Source: a virus
Taxonomy: Duplodnaviria > Caudoviricetes
Virus record (IMG/VR): IMGVR_UViG_3300042901_001417
Location: 1 to 57,777 of that record
Length of the DNA stretch: 57,777 nt
Direction: 5' to 3' (one strand)
Below the pieces are notes generated by a model that did no database searches, was not told the DNA's origin, and worked only from the letters and a program-made list of their open reading frames with translations. A program made the translations under genes and the position numbers. Below, one piece after another: positions 28,848-39,679 of the stretch (the stretch's first letter is position 1; every line of letters starts with the position of its first letter).

Positions 28848-31118
28848 ATGTACAACAATGCCAATCGATTAACGCAGGAGTTTCTGAGGCCACTCTGTGA
28901 GGTGTGGCGTGAGAGACTGAATGCGGCAAAGCGAGCGAAAGAGCCTTTCCAGAAGGTCTCCCGCCAGTGCATGGACTTTTTCCGTGCGGGCGCGGGATTC
29001 ATGTGGGGCAATGAGCATCGCAATATGTTTTTCGATGGCAAGTTGCCCGTACCGCGATTCAAGATCACTGTGGCGCTGCCGTACGAATACGTGTCGATTT
29101 ATGGTCCGCACCTGTTCTGGCAGTATGCCGGCAGAAAAGTGTTCAGCCAGAGGCAGGTGGAACTGAACCCGCTTCTGTTCGGCGACATCCAGAACGACCC
29201 GAATGCACAGGCCGCGTTTCAGCAGGCGAAGGCGGCGGACGATCAGGATCGGGCAGCCACGGCGTACATCAATGAACTGATCTCCTCAGTGCTCAACTGG
29301 GCACAGCGTGAGCAGCCAAATGGTCTGGTGAGTCACGGTCGCATGTGTACGGTCGAGGCACTGGTCACTGGTGGCGGGTTACTGGCTCCGGAAATCTACA
29401 CGTTCCCGGGAAGCACAGCGAAACTGCCACGAAGCCGGTATGTGCCGATCGAATCTCTGCTGATCGACCCGGACTGCAAGGATCCGCTGTGGGAAGAAGC
29501 GGGGTGGATTGCTATTCGCCATTCGGATCCTGTCTGGCAGGTGGAACGCCGGTTCGGGCTCAAGAAGAACGCACTGGCGGGCAAGGGGCACCAGCAGTCT
29601 GCTGAGATGACGGCACGCGAGCAGTCCAATCACAATGGGTATCCCGGCAAGGGCACCCACGACATGATCACGTGGTGGGAAATCTACAGTCGGTGTGGCA
29701 TCGGTCCTCGTACGGAGAAACTGAACCATGTGCTGCTCGACGAGTTTGATGATGCGATCGGGGACTATGCGTACCTGTGCGTTGCAGAGGGCGTGGACTA
29801 CCCGCTCAACGCACCAGCAGAACGATTCCTGCAAGGGTCAGCCGAAGATGGGTCCGCGACCGCAGAGGAACTTGTCACAGCGTTCGAGTGGCGATTCGTT
29901 GGGTATGGAGATCCATTCCCGATTTGGAAGGATAATCGCTGGCCAGTCGAGCCCCTGATGTTCGACCGGATTCCGGGAACTCCATGGCCCATGCCACCAA
30001 TGGCAGCTGGTCTCGGGGAACTGATCGCGATCAACATCCTGACATCGGCGTACGTTGACATCACGTGGACGAATCGCAAGCGAATCATCGGGTATCTGAA
30101 GTCCTGCGTGAATGATGTTGAGAAGGCGGTGAACAGCGATGAGTCATTCTCGTTCGTTGCCATCAACGACAACGTGCAGGGTGCGCTGAACAACATGATT
30201 CAGTTTCTGGATGCACCCAGAAGTAAAGAGGACATTCTTGTCGCCATTGAGAAACTGCGGGGCGACTTCTACCGTCGCGTCGGTCTGAACGAGCTGATGT
30301 ATGGCGAGTCGTCTACTCAGATCCGGGTGGCGGCTGACATTCGGGGCCGATCGGAATCCAGCCAGATTCGTCCTGAAAAGATGAGTATGGACGTGGCTGA
30401 GTGGATGTCGCGGGTATCGCAGTCAGAAATGATGGCTGCCGTGATGTACACGAACGGTGAGGATCTGGTGCATCTGCTGGGCGAGCACAACGCTCAGGCG
30501 TGGGACATGCTGGTCAAGCAGATCCCGATCGAACGGCTGATGCGTGAGGCGAAGACCACGGTTGAGGCGTCTGAGTTGCGCCGTCCGAACCATGAGCGAG
30601 ACACAGCGAATGCTCAGGCACTTCAGCAGTACCTGATGCCGGTTCTGCAGATGTACGCTCAGTCGAACGGCAACTACGAGCCGCTGAACGGGTTCATCAA
30701 GTCCATCGGGGAATCCATGGAAATGGATGTCTCTCAGTTCCTGATGCCATCGACGCCGCCTGATCCGGAACAGATGAAACTGCAGCAGCAGGCTCAGCAG
30801 ACGGAGATTCAGGAGACGGCAGCCAGTGCTCAGCACAAGACGGCACAGGCAGCGAAAGCCAAGGCAGAGGCTGTGGCGACACTGGCAGAGATTGCTGGTG
30901 GGGATGGTGAGTCTCCGGAAGCGGGGCCGGATCCGATGCTCGAGCAGGCTCACATGCAGAAGATGCGACACAACGAAGAGTTACACAACCAGAAGCTGAT
31001 CGCGGAGCAGGAAAAACTGGTGCAGGATATGGTCGTGACAGAGGCCCAGGCTGCACTGGATGAGAAACTGAAGAAGCAACAACTGGCACAGAAGAAAGCG
31101 ACAGGACCGAGGACATGA
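28848..31118 (+). CDS. Portal protein
   Basis: 756 aa after terL; LLIDPD motif; coiled-coil C-terminal tail as in P22-type portals. Confidence 0.75.
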   Translation: MYNNANRLTQEFLRPLCEVWRERLNAAKRAKEPFQKVSRQCMDFFRAGAGFMWGNEHRNMFFDGKLPVPRFKITVALPYEYVSIYGPHLFWQYAGRKVFSQRQVELNPLLFGDIQNDPNAQAAFQQAKAADDQDRAATAYINELISSVLNWAQREQPNGLVSHGRMCTVEALVTGGGLLAPEIYTFPGSTAKLPRSRYVPIESLLIDPDCKDPLWEEAGWIAIRHSDPVWQVERRFGLKKNALAGKGHQQSAEMTAREQSNHNGYPGKGTHDMITWWEIYSRCGIGPRTEKLNHVLLDEFDDAIGDYAYLCVAEGVDYPLNAPAERFLQGSAEDGSATAEELVTAFEWRFVGYGDPFPIWKDNRWPVEPLMFDRIPGTPWPMPPMAAGLGELIAINILTSAYVDITWTNRKRIIGYLKSCVNDVEKAVNSDESFSFVAINDNVQGALNNMIQFLDAPRSKEDILVAIEKLRGDFYRRVGLNELMYGESSTQIRVAADIRGRSESSQIRPEKMSMDVAEWMSRVSQSEMMAAVMYTNGEDLVHLLGEHNAQAWDMLVKQIPIERLMREAKTTVEASELRRPNHERDTANAQALQQYLMPVLQMYAQSNGNYEPLNGFIKSIGESMEMDVSQFLMPSTPPDPEQMKLQQQAQQTEIQETAASAQHKTAQAAKAKAEAVATLAEIAGGDGESPEAGPDPMLEQAHMQKMRHNEELHNQKLIAEQEKLVQDMVVTEAQAALDEKLKKQQLAQKKATGPRT

Positions 31119-31738
31119 GCAACACCCGAATCAAAGTACCCCGAGAAGTGAAGCAGTGGGAGGCTGAGGGCCTGCTGTGCGCCGGAGGTGTAGCACCTTC
31201 GCAACATTATCGGCAGTGCATCCGGGAGGGATCGTCTGAAAAGTTTGCACTGGATCTGGTGGCACTGGCACTCGGCAAGGCGAGCATGGGCACAGGGATC
31301 ACGGACGACGTGTACATCGCGGATCAGAACCGGCACGGCAGAACCATTCTGGACCGCATGGGTGGCAATGAACGAATGGTGGATCGTCTGGCGAAAGCCC
31401 TGTGGAAGAAGCACGGGTATCGCCTGAAGCCCACAGATCACTATGTGGAGTCAGTAGCACGGTACACGGGTGATATCGATGCAGTGGTGACGCACGGGAA
31501 AGGACTGGCCGACCTGAAGCGGAACCTGAAGAGGCAGGGCCGGACCATCAAAGGCGAGATTGAGATCAAGGGTGAGGACACAGGGCCGCGTAAGCGAAAG
31601 CATCGCCTGCATCCGCGAATTGTGGAGCGTATCCGTCAGCAGAAGATTCAGGCGAACCCGGACCTTGCGAGGACGGATCAGCGGAAGCTGCGGGCGGAAA
31701 TTGTGGAGCGACATGGTGCGAAGAAGGAGACGGTGTAA
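31115..31738 (+). CDS. Basic hypothetical protein
   Basis: Translationally coupled to the portal gene. Confidence 0.65.
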   Translation: MSNTRIKVPREVKQWEAEGLLCAGGVAPSQHYRQCIREGSSEKFALDLVALALGKASMGTGITDDVYIADQNRHGRTILDRMGGNERMVDRLAKALWKKHGYRLKPTDHYVESVARYTGDIDAVVTHGKGLADLKRNLKRQGRTIKGEIEIKGEDTGPRKRKHRLHPRIVERIRQQKIQANPDLARTDQRKLRAEIVERHGAKKETV

Positions 31739-32034
31739 TGCCAATGGAAGAAGAAGTACGGGATGTCACCCCGGCACAGTTGAGGTGGATTCACACGGCG
31801 ATGCGTCGGACGTTTGTGGAACCATCACAGGCGGCTGGAGCGATGATTCGCTGGATGAAGAATGTGAATGAGGATCTGCTGATCCTGTCTTCACGAATCG
31901 CTGAACTGGAGCAGGCAGCACCTGCCCCTGCGAAGACATCAAAGAAACGGTCGCCGGCACTGCCTCCCGAGGAGGAACTGGCACCACCGGCTGCTGATAC
32001 CACAGAAAAGACGGAACCAGTTTCAGAGGTCTAA
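31738..32034 (+). CDS. Hypothetical protein
   Basis: TAATG coupling. Confidence 0.6.
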   Translation: MPMEEEVRDVTPAQLRWIHTAMRRTFVEPSQAAGAMIRWMKNVNEDLLILSSRIAELEQAAPAPAKTSKKRSPALPPEEELAPPAADTTEKTEPVSEV

Positions 32035-32043
32035 GGATCTGCC

Positions 32044-33204
32044 GTGTCTACTGATTACCTCACAATTCAGGACGCTTACGAGCACCTTCTGGATGTTTTT
32101 GACAGCGATGGCAAGAACGTCCACAAGGTTGGTCGGACGCTGCGCCGTGCGGTTGCTGAGGCGTATCGACGGTTTCCGTCGTTGCACAATTGGACATGGC
32201 TGATTCGTCAGGCTGTATTGACAACCACCGCACCATACGAAACGGGCACGATTGCCTACAGCGCGTCCACTCGGCAGGTGACTTTGTCGGGTGGCACATG
32301 GCCCTCGGACGCGGAATTCGGATTGCTGACGATCGCAAACATTCGATATGGGGTGGAGCGCCGCAACAGCGGTACGGTGCTCACGCTTCGATCGGATTCA
32401 TGCCCAGCAAGTGACATTGCCTCGGGGACCACCTTCCGGTGGGCGCGTTACAATTATCTGCTTCCGGCGAACATCGGCGACATCCGAGAGTTGACGGATC
32501 CGAAAACTCTGAGCCGGTTCTATCGGCAGACTGTCAACGACGGGTTCTTTCAGACAGAGATCCCGGGCGTGTCTCGGTTTCCTGCAGGATGGTCCGTAGT
32601 GCCGAGCGTGCGACGACCGGGCCGCAAGGAACTGGCGTTGTCATCCGTGCCAGAAACGGCACGCACACTGAAGTTTCTGTATGACGCGCGATGGGGCAGC
32701 CCGTCCGTGACTGAGATATCTACCGGCACGGTCAGTGTGGTTGGTCAGGTGGCGACATTCAGTTCGGCAATTCTCACAGACGCATGTGAGGGGGCTGTGC
32801 TGCGTGTGGCATCCGGATCTACGAAACCGACATCACCGTATGGAGTCTGGTTGAATGAGGATGACGGGGACTCACTGAGCCCGCCTGCCTTCTCACGAAT
32901 CATCCTTGAGGTGACATCCACGACCACTGCGGTTATCAGCGAGGCACACACGTCTGACCTGTCGACGAAAGCGTTCACGATCAGCAGTCATGTGGATGTG
33001 GAACAGAACAGCATGTGGGACTGCTTTCTCCGGTACTGCGAAGTAGCGTACTACAAGCTGACAAGAGCGGACAACAAGATCATTGCGAACGCAGAGGCGA
33101 TGGCGAGACAGTCTCTCATTGAAGCACAGATCGCAGACGCGGCACGTATTCCTGACATGTCCTCCGGAACCAATCTTGTCTGGAGGCCAGTGATCATCGA
33201 ATGA
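32044..33204 (+). CDS. Head-tail adaptor-like protein with beta-rich insertions
   Basis: Helical N- and C-termini (AYRRF..HNWTWL; YLLPAN), Thr/Ser-rich inserts; synteny. Confidence 0.5.
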   Translation: MSTDYLTIQDAYEHLLDVFDSDGKNVHKVGRTLRRAVAEAYRRFPSLHNWTWLIRQAVLTTTAPYETGTIAYSASTRQVTLSGGTWPSDAEFGLLTIANIRYGVERRNSGTVLTLRSDSCPASDIASGTTFRWARYNYLLPANIGDIRELTDPKTLSRFYRQTVNDGFFQTEIPGVSRFPAGWSVVPSVRRPGRKELALSSVPETARTLKFLYDARWGSPSVTEISTGTVSVVGQVATFSSAILTDACEGAVLRVASGSTKPTSPYGVWLNEDDGDSLSPPAFSRIILEVTSTTTAVISEAHTSDLSTKAFTISSHVDVEQNSMWDCFLRYCEVAYYKLTRADNKIIANAEAMARQSLIEAQIADAARIPDMSSGTNLVWRPVIIE

Positions 33205-33746
33205 GCAGCATCGCATATGAAGGATATCGAACGACAAAGGAAGCCATCAAAGAGATGGCCCGGCAGAAGCTGTTTCGCGCGGCTGGAAACGACACGCTGC
33301 GGGGCGTTGCTCCGGAGGCTGTGGTAGGCCGGTTTGCGGCGAGACAGGATCCGAACAATGAAGGAGATCAGGGAGAAAACAATCTGCTGTTGCCGGGAAT
33401 CGTGATATCGCACGTGCGACACACGCGACCACCAACGGGCGGCGAGTTTGATTACGACGACGGGATCATTCAGCAGTTGGTGCAGATCGTGGATCGCATC
33501 AATGACAAGGACGACGAAAGCATTGAGTCCTACCTGAAGTGGCAGGAGGACATCCGAGAGACACTGCAGACGAACCCATACAGAAACGTGACGCACCCGT
33601 TCGGGAATATTTACTACGTGCAGGTGTCAGAACAGGTCGCACCGGGCAATGAGACATTCGTAATGAGGCAGGCCAAATTGGTACTGCAGGTGAATCTGTA
33701 CACGCGGACGCGAATAAACAGGGAGACGCTTCAGCATGGCAATTGA
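33201..33746 (+). CDS. Putative tail terminator/completion protein
   Basis: Size and position just before the tail tube gene. Confidence 0.4.
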   Translation: MSSIAYEGYRTTKEAIKEMARQKLFRAAGNDTLRGVAPEAVVGRFAARQDPNNEGDQGENNLLLPGIVISHVRHTRPPTGGEFDYDDGIIQQLVQIVDRINDKDDESIESYLKWQEDIRETLQTNPYRNVTHPFGNIYYVQVSEQVAPGNETFVMRQAKLVLQVNLYTRTRINRETLQHGN

Positions 33747-34650
33747 TACGATAACAGTGGGACGTCAGGTCCGCGTGAAAATTGGAAACAACACCGTGTG
33801 CATCGCACGATGGCAGCCGAGGGTCACTCGGGAAATCGTGAAGAACGCGGACGGATCTATCTGCGGAGACATGTGGCATCCGGTGAATCGAATGCGAAAG
33901 GGTCGGCGAATGATCGCTGGCTCTATGTTTTTCGACATCACTGGTTCCGTCCTGACGCACCTGTTGGCATACCTCGGGCTCACAAATCCGAGCGGTGCCA
34001 TCTACAACCTTGGTGCCACAGGCAACCTTGTGGAATTCACAATGTTGGTGGACATGGGGGCTGCGGTTCACAGTTACAGCAACTGCGTGATCACTGGCTG
34101 GGCACTGCGAGGCAGTAAAGGCGGAAGGCCGCTTCAGTTGCAGGTCAACATCGTGGCTGAGGCGGAAACGGATCCGGGCGGGTCTGCGTTTGCTGATGCT
34201 CCATTAGTCATTGAGGATATCTTTTCGTTCACTGACATCACTGTGTCGACGTTTGACAACGGTGCCGGGTCGGATGTGACGCTGTCGATGGATCGCTTTC
34301 TGATTCAGGTGGATTACGGGGTGGTGGTGGAACACAACTCCTCGATCAACCGCACTGGTGCAAAAGCGGGCGAGGGCACTGCGATCTTTGCCACCAGCAC
34401 GCCGTATATTTCGACCCGCAAAGATATTTACTGGAACTACCGAGATTCAGAAGGCCCTATCGACGGCACGTTGACGTTCGCCAATGCAGACACCACGGTG
34501 GAAATCGTGATGCCGGCAGGCGTCCCGATCACTGAACTGCCGCCCGTCATGGGCAAGTCCGACCAGTTACGAACACCAGTGACGCTGGATCTGTGTCGCA
34601 CAGACAATTCAGGGACACGAGTAGCGCCACTGACACTGACAATTTCCTGA
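33736..34650 (+). CDS. Putative major tail tube protein
   Basis: 304-aa beta-rich protein (YSNCVITGWALRGS); synteny. Confidence 0.6.
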   Translation: MAIDTITVGRQVRVKIGNNTVCIARWQPRVTREIVKNADGSICGDMWHPVNRMRKGRRMIAGSMFFDITGSVLTHLLAYLGLTNPSGAIYNLGATGNLVEFTMLVDMGAAVHSYSNCVITGWALRGSKGGRPLQLQVNIVAEAETDPGGSAFADAPLVIEDIFSFTDITVSTFDNGAGSDVTLSMDRFLIQVDYGVVVEHNSSINRTGAKAGEGTAIFATSTPYISTRKDIYWNYRDSEGPIDGTLTFANADTTVEIVMPAGVPITELPPVMGKSDQLRTPVTLDLCRTDNSGTRVAPLTLTIS

Positions 34651-34678
34651 TGGTGTAGCGTTCTCGCTACTATTACAC

Positions 34679-35293
34679 ATGCTCATAGATGATGGATATT
34701 CCGAGCGACATGGGGAGTACCTCATTCGCCGGCTGGTGAAATCGGAGCGGATGATCCTGCAGCGATTGTTGCAGGAGCGCCGCACATGGGAAGCAGAGAA
34801 GTTTCTTTTCAAATCTGGCCGCGTGACCTCGATTATTGGCGAGGAGGTGATCCCGGAAGAGAGTGAGAAGCAGGCACTGGCAGAGGCACTTGTCACGTGG
34901 CCAACCGAGGAAGCGGAACTTCTGAACCTGCGGCAATCCGTTGCCCTTCTTTTGAAGACGCCACTTCTCGGACTGCGATCCTGCGAGATGTGCAAGAGAT
35001 GGTGGTTTGATCCGGATACGAACAAGATCGTGCGTGTGGGCACTGCTGATCTTCTTAGGCCGCCGCATGCTCCGGTTCCATGCGACACAGATGCTGGATG
35101 CTTGAAGGGGCACTGGAGCAATCCACTGGAGATGAGCCCGAAGAACAGGAAGGCGTGGAATCACTGGTTGGAATGGAAGTATGTGGGGTGTCCGGATCCG
35201 CACGACGCGATCCTGAGACGAAACTGGAGATGGTTCGAGGCACTGGCGGCACATTATGGACTTGGCAAAAATAGCAGAACTGCTCGGAAGTAA
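34679..35293 (+). CDS. Putative tail assembly chaperone (Cys-rich C-terminus)
   Basis: Follows the tube gene; CEMC..C..C..GH. Confidence 0.4.
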   Translation: MLIDDGYSERHGEYLIRRLVKSERMILQRLLQERRTWEAEKFLFKSGRVTSIIGEEVIPEESEKQALAEALVTWPTEEAELLNLRQSVALLLKTPLLGLRSCEMCKRWWFDPDTNKIVRVGTADLLRPPHAPVPCDTDAGCLKGHWSNPLEMSPKNRKAWNHWLEWKYVGCPDPHDAILRRNWRWFEALAAHYGLGKNSRTARK

Positions 35294-36260
35294 GACTGAG
35301 GGTGACCCCGGGTTTCAGGACACCGAGGAGTCTCAGTTCTTCGTGCATCTTCTGCGCATGGATGATGTGGACAATCGGGCTGCTGCCATACGTCAGCCTA
35401 TTGATCCCATCGAACAACCGGAAGCATCTGATCAACAGGTGCAGGAGATTAAAGAATCAGCAGACCTCCTGACGAGCTCAGGGGATGATACTGTCGCAGA
35501 GCCTGCGGCGACCGAGTCGGCCAATGTTGCTCCCGAAGCGGAACCGTCGCAGGCTCTCTTTTCTGAAGGCCCGACAGCAAGCCCAAGTCCACAGGAGATT
35601 GAGGAGGGGCCTGAAGCCCAGCCAGTGCTGTCTGATGCGACGGCAGTAGACGACGCTCAGCCGGCAGAGATGTTTCTGGATGCTGAGACGGACGGGCAGC
35701 CTGCCGAGATAACGTCAGAATCCGGACCAGACGCTGAGGCGGCTGACCTGTTTCGAGAAGATGGTCCCGATGCTGAGGGTATTGTCCAGCAGAGAGACGA
35801 CGGTCAGGATGCTGCTCCCGCAGTGCAAGAGCGTGAGGAGTCACCAGAAGCGCAGGCTCCGGAGATTCTGCGAGATGCTGGTCCAGATGCTGAGGCAGCG
35901 GTGCCACAGCGATCAGATGGGGAGGACGCAGCCCCGCCGCAGGTGTTTCAGCAGGAGGGGCCAGAAGCACAGTCATCAGCACAGGCTCCGCCCGATGAGT
36001 TTCTGGAGATCAGCACCCCATCACCGCGCGGAGAAACCACACTGGTGGTTCCTGAAACCCTGATGGAAGCGGGCTTTATGAATGTGCTCCGTCTGTTCGA
36101 TACCACTGTGCGTGTGCCAGACATCCAAATTGGAGAGACACCACCTGTTATTCCAGTCGAGGGTGTAGACCCGGCAGATGTGCGCAGCAGCACGGAGGGA
36201 GCGGAAATGATGCTCACAGGATTGTCTCGCAATATGGTTGAATTGGAGAGGCGACGATGA
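35256..36260 (+). CDS. Acidic low-complexity protein with 13-aa repeats, at the tape-measure position
   Basis: About 12 consecutive 13-aa units, consensus roughly xGP[DE]A[EQ]xxxxxxx. Confidence 0.65.
   Translation: MDLAKIAELLGSKTEGDPGFQDTEESQFFVHLLRMDDVDNRAAAIRQPIDPIEQPEASDQQVQEIKESADLLTSSGDDTVAEPAATESANVAPEAEPSQALFSEGPTASPSPQEIEEGPEAQPVLSDATAVDDAQPAEMFLDAETDGQPAEITSESGPDAEAADLFREDGPDAEGIVQQRDDGQDAAPAVQEREESPEAQAPEILRDAGPDAEAAVPQRSDGEDAAPPQVFQQEGPEAQSSAQAPPDEFLEISTPSPRGETTLVVPETLMEAGFMNVLRLFDTTVRVPDIQIGETPPVIPVEGVDPADVRSSTEGAEMMLTGLSRNMVELERRR
35526..35972 (+). repeat. Degenerate 39-bp (13-aa) tandem repeat
   Basis: EGPTASPSPQEIE/EGPEAQPVLSDAT/../SGPDAEAADLFRE/DGPDAEGIVQQRD/DGQDAAPAVQERE/ESPEAQAPEILRD/AGPDAEAAVPQRS/DGEDAAPPQVFQQ. 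Confidence 0.8.
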
Positions 36261-37033
36261 CAATTTTGCGGTGGGGAAGTTATCAGCACGATCAGGATGA
36301 AGTGGGCGTGCGTATTCAGTACCGCGCTGTTATGGACGAATTTGGCCGGCGAATGGCGGATATACACACGTGGCATATTTTGGGTGCAAAACATGTTCCG
36401 ATTGAGAGCACCCATGAGGCTACACAGGCCAACGTCACGAGCGCACTAACGAGCCTGGAAATGGCGTACTTACAGGACTACCAAAACCTGCAGTTGTTCC
36501 TGAATAATGGTGCGCCAACACGACACAACATGTTCAACTTCCAGATGTTCGGCGGCACGCATGTGATGGCATTCGGGTACATGGATGGCCCGTGGAAGAT
36601 GCGCACTGAGTACGCCAATATGAGGACGTTCTACGCTATCGTGCAGGGTGAGGAGCGTTACGGTAGTGGCTTGTACTCATGGAATGAGAAACTAACCATC
36701 AAGGGCACGGGTGGTCCGAAGTTTTTATACATGCCACAAATGGTAGGTCCGCCGATTCCGCAGATTGTGCAAACAGATACCACGTTTTACTACATCCAGG
36801 AGGGCAGGGCTGTCGGTCGCAAGGCATACATCATTCCGCCAGACCCACTGTATCCGGGCATCGAGCATTTAGACCAGCGAGTTATCACTTACGGCACACC
36901 GCTTGAGTATCGTTTTAACAAGGCTGCCGGCACATTCGATAAAGAAAAATTCGTGACTCAGTGGCGGTATGTGATGGAAGCCACCTCAGCGCAGGGCTTC
37001 GAGTCATTTCCAGACCCAAACACGGCATTCTGA
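36257..37033 (+). CDS. Tail (distal/baseplate-like) protein
   Basis: Synteny; translational coupling. Confidence 0.45.
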   Translation: MTILRWGSYQHDQDEVGVRIQYRAVMDEFGRRMADIHTWHILGAKHVPIESTHEATQANVTSALTSLEMAYLQDYQNLQLFLNNGAPTRHNMFNFQMFGGTHVMAFGYMDGPWKMRTEYANMRTFYAIVQGEERYGSGLYSWNEKLTIKGTGGPKFLYMPQMVGPPIPQIVQTDTTFYYIQEGRAVGRKAYIIPPDPLYPGIEHLDQRVITYGTPLEYRFNKAAGTFDKEKFVTQWRYVMEATSAQGFESFPDPNTAF

Positions 37034-38682
37034 TGAATCAAGGCTACTTTTCATTTCCGGGTTTGCTGTACCCAAAAGAGCTGGAATACACTCAGCAACT
37101 TGGGGTGCGCCCATCTATTATCGCTATGCGGGCGATTCCTCAGTCCTCGAACATAGCGGCGACTGGCCCGGTCACGCTCACATACACATCAGCGATTCAG
37201 TTGCCGAATTGCATGATCGATTCAGCGACGATCTACATGGATGTGAAGCGTGGGTGGATGCTTTCGGTTACAGCACTGGACCGGCGGTGGAGGTGGTCGC
37301 GAGTTCCTCCAGTGTCCGGGTATTACAACCTGCGACGTGCCGGTATTCCGGCAGGTGCCACACAGCAAACTCTCCGGCAGTTATGCACACTCCTGCTGAC
37401 CGCTATGGGTGAGGCGTCTGCTAATGTGGGGGCGGTCAGCGAGGACATCTACCCGGAGGTGCGATGGAACTGTAAGCCTCCGCATCTCGCCCTGCAGGAA
37501 CTGATGCACGAGTACGGGTACGACGTTGCTCTAGGGTTTGACACGGAAGCAGTAAAGGTGGTTAAGCTCGGTGTGGGGGCGGCACTCGGCACATCTGGTG
37601 CGATGATGGTGACAAGTACGCTTGACCCGCCGACACGTCCGCAGTATGTGCGAACCTGTTTCAATGACTCCTATGCACAGGCGAGGCTAAAACTGAAGGC
37701 CGTTGGCATGGAGCCTGATGGGACATGGAAAGTGCCGAATGACTTATCGTACAGACCCACTGCAGGATGGGAGAAGGAGGATCCTCACACGCTGCCAACA
37801 GTCAAGGCGACCGCCAGTGCTACAGCCTACAACGCTGGAATCAAAACACACCTGCGGGCATACGCGATAGACAAATTCGCTGATGGCACACTGGCATACC
37901 CAGACGGTTCTGGTTCACTCAGTTTCATTGAGCAATTGTTGCCGCTGGAAAACCGTCTGCTGGCGACTGAGACATCGCGATCAGATGGTAAGGCGAAGCC
38001 ATTCAAAGTGTATGGCAAAGCATACGGATATTACAAAGGTGAGCCATCTCGATTCATCGCGTCTGGTATCGACGACGAAATCGTGAATGTGGATTGCTGG
38101 CTGGATGGTGAGGCTGGCATTCTATGGTTCGCACAGCCGATGTATCAGACGGACGGATCCACGTTTGCAGCAGCAGAGCTGTATCTGGAGTGTGCATTCA
38201 GGGTGCGGCACGCCACTAAGTTTCACTTTCTGCATTACGAGAAAGACGTATCAATAGGAGGGTCCGGGTACGGCTATCACACCGTGCAGTATCCAGATGC
38301 GTTCGCACGGACGGTCATCTCTTATGGTGCCGGACAGACAGTGTCCTCTGTAACCACAAACCAGTCTGATCTGGATGCGATAGCCACCGCTGTGGCTAAC
38401 TCTGTGTCCTCTCAGTTTGTAGCAGAAGGCGGGCAGATGGTGGTGTATTGCGAGCCGAACTTCGCACTGCGTTGTGACGGGGCTGTTCATCAAGTCAAGC
38501 ACATTCTGTCGGACGATACGTCTCACCCTGGCAGTTATTCCATCGCATCGCGATATCAGGAGTTCGACAGGTTCATCCTGTCGCGACCGGAACGCATGGC
38601 CGCAGCAGCAGATGTGATTGATCAGGCGACGGCACGATCTCGACGGGCAATCACACTGAAGAAGGAGGCGGCTGATGACTGA
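37033..38682 (+). CDS. Tail hub/baseplate-like protein
   Basis: TGATG coupling; ALDRRWRW..TLRQLCTLLLTAMGE pattern; synteny. Confidence 0.5.
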   Translation: MNQGYFSFPGLLYPKELEYTQQLGVRPSIIAMRAIPQSSNIAATGPVTLTYTSAIQLPNCMIDSATIYMDVKRGWMLSVTALDRRWRWSRVPPVSGYYNLRRAGIPAGATQQTLRQLCTLLLTAMGEASANVGAVSEDIYPEVRWNCKPPHLALQELMHEYGYDVALGFDTEAVKVVKLGVGAALGTSGAMMVTSTLDPPTRPQYVRTCFNDSYAQARLKLKAVGMEPDGTWKVPNDLSYRPTAGWEKEDPHTLPTVKATASATAYNAGIKTHLRAYAIDKFADGTLAYPDGSGSLSFIEQLLPLENRLLATETSRSDGKAKPFKVYGKAYGYYKGEPSRFIASGIDDEIVNVDCWLDGEAGILWFAQPMYQTDGSTFAAAELYLECAFRVRHATKFHFLHYEKDVSIGGSGYGYHTVQYPDAFARTVISYGAGQTVSSVTTNQSDLDAIATAVANSVSSQFVAEGGQMVVYCEPNFALRCDGAVHQVKHILSDDTSHPGSYSIASRYQEFDRFILSRPERMAAAADVIDQATARSRRAITLKKEAADD

Positions 38683-39640
38683 CAGAATAGCCGGGCGTGA
38701 GCGATCTCCTGCTCCTGTTAAGCACACGCTACAATGGATCAATGCGGCGGGGTCTTCTGTGCCAGCCTTTGGAGTGATCTGTCTGACGGCGTTTAACAAC
38801 ACGACCGGGCAGTACACTGCTCAGAAGCATGATGGAACAGCGCACCTCACCTACGTCAACGGTCCTGCTCCAGTGGCGAATGGGGCGTATGGCGGCAGCA
38901 TGGACTGGTCCGCGTCGAGACTAGCGCTGGTGGCGTCCGGGGTCACGCTTGGACAGGAAGTGGGGCCTGTAGGTGACAGTTGGGAGCTGAGTGGTGCCGG
39001 CACGGGGTTTGTGGTGTTCTCAAACAGAGACGCCGTTACGGGCACAGCTGCCGTCGTCAAGATCGGTGGTGGTGGCGGTGGTGCTGTAGTGCTCGGCATC
39101 GTGTCGGAGGATCTCGGGAAAGGGTATTACACGATCGAGTTAGCGGAATGGGGTGGCGAGACACCAGAGTGCGACGAGGAAGGCCCAACAGGTTCGGCGG
39201 AGGATTGCGATCCCTGTAAGCCGAGTAACGTGTCAAACTTTAATGCGTCACTATCCGGGTATGAGGGGTTGGGGTGCGGGGATGATCCAATCCTACCCCC
39301 TTTCAGACGTCAGCACATCGGGACTGGCGTGTATGTTCTGGCATATGACCCCGCGTCCGTGCTGGTCCCGCTCGAACTGAACACAGACTGCATTGTAGCC
39401 GACACAGGCGCTTCGAATGCGTTGGTGGGCTCAGGGGCGACTAGTCTCGACGAGGAGCCAGTGTGGCATGTCGTGAGGGGATATCAGACTCACACAGTAC
39501 AGTTCAGAGAAGAGAAAGAGTGCTGTGACGGGATAATTGTGGTGACGCGAAAACAGGCGATATTTTTCGCAGCTCGTGTGTGTGATGTGCAGATATGCTC
39601 GAATTGTGATCAAACACAGACGGAAGGCGAGCCGCCGTAA
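38675..39640 (+). CDS. Tail tip/fibre-associated protein
   Basis: Poly-Gly linker, Cys-rich C-terminus. Confidence 0.45.
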   Translation: MTDRIAGRERSPAPVKHTLQWINAAGSSVPAFGVICLTAFNNTTGQYTAQKHDGTAHLTYVNGPAPVANGAYGGSMDWSASRLALVASGVTLGQEVGPVGDSWELSGAGTGFVVFSNRDAVTGTAAVVKIGGGGGGAVVLGIVSEDLGKGYYTIELAEWGGETPECDEEGPTGSAEDCDPCKPSNVSNFNASLSGYEGLGCGDDPILPPFRRQHIGTGVYVLAYDPASVLVPLELNTDCIVADTGASNALVGSGATSLDEEPVWHVVRGYQTHTVQFREEKECCDGIIVVTRKQAIFFAARVCDVQICSNCDQTQTEGEPP

Positions 39641-39679
39641 GGTGAACTGCCCGAACTATGAACTTTAAAAGAAGATGTT

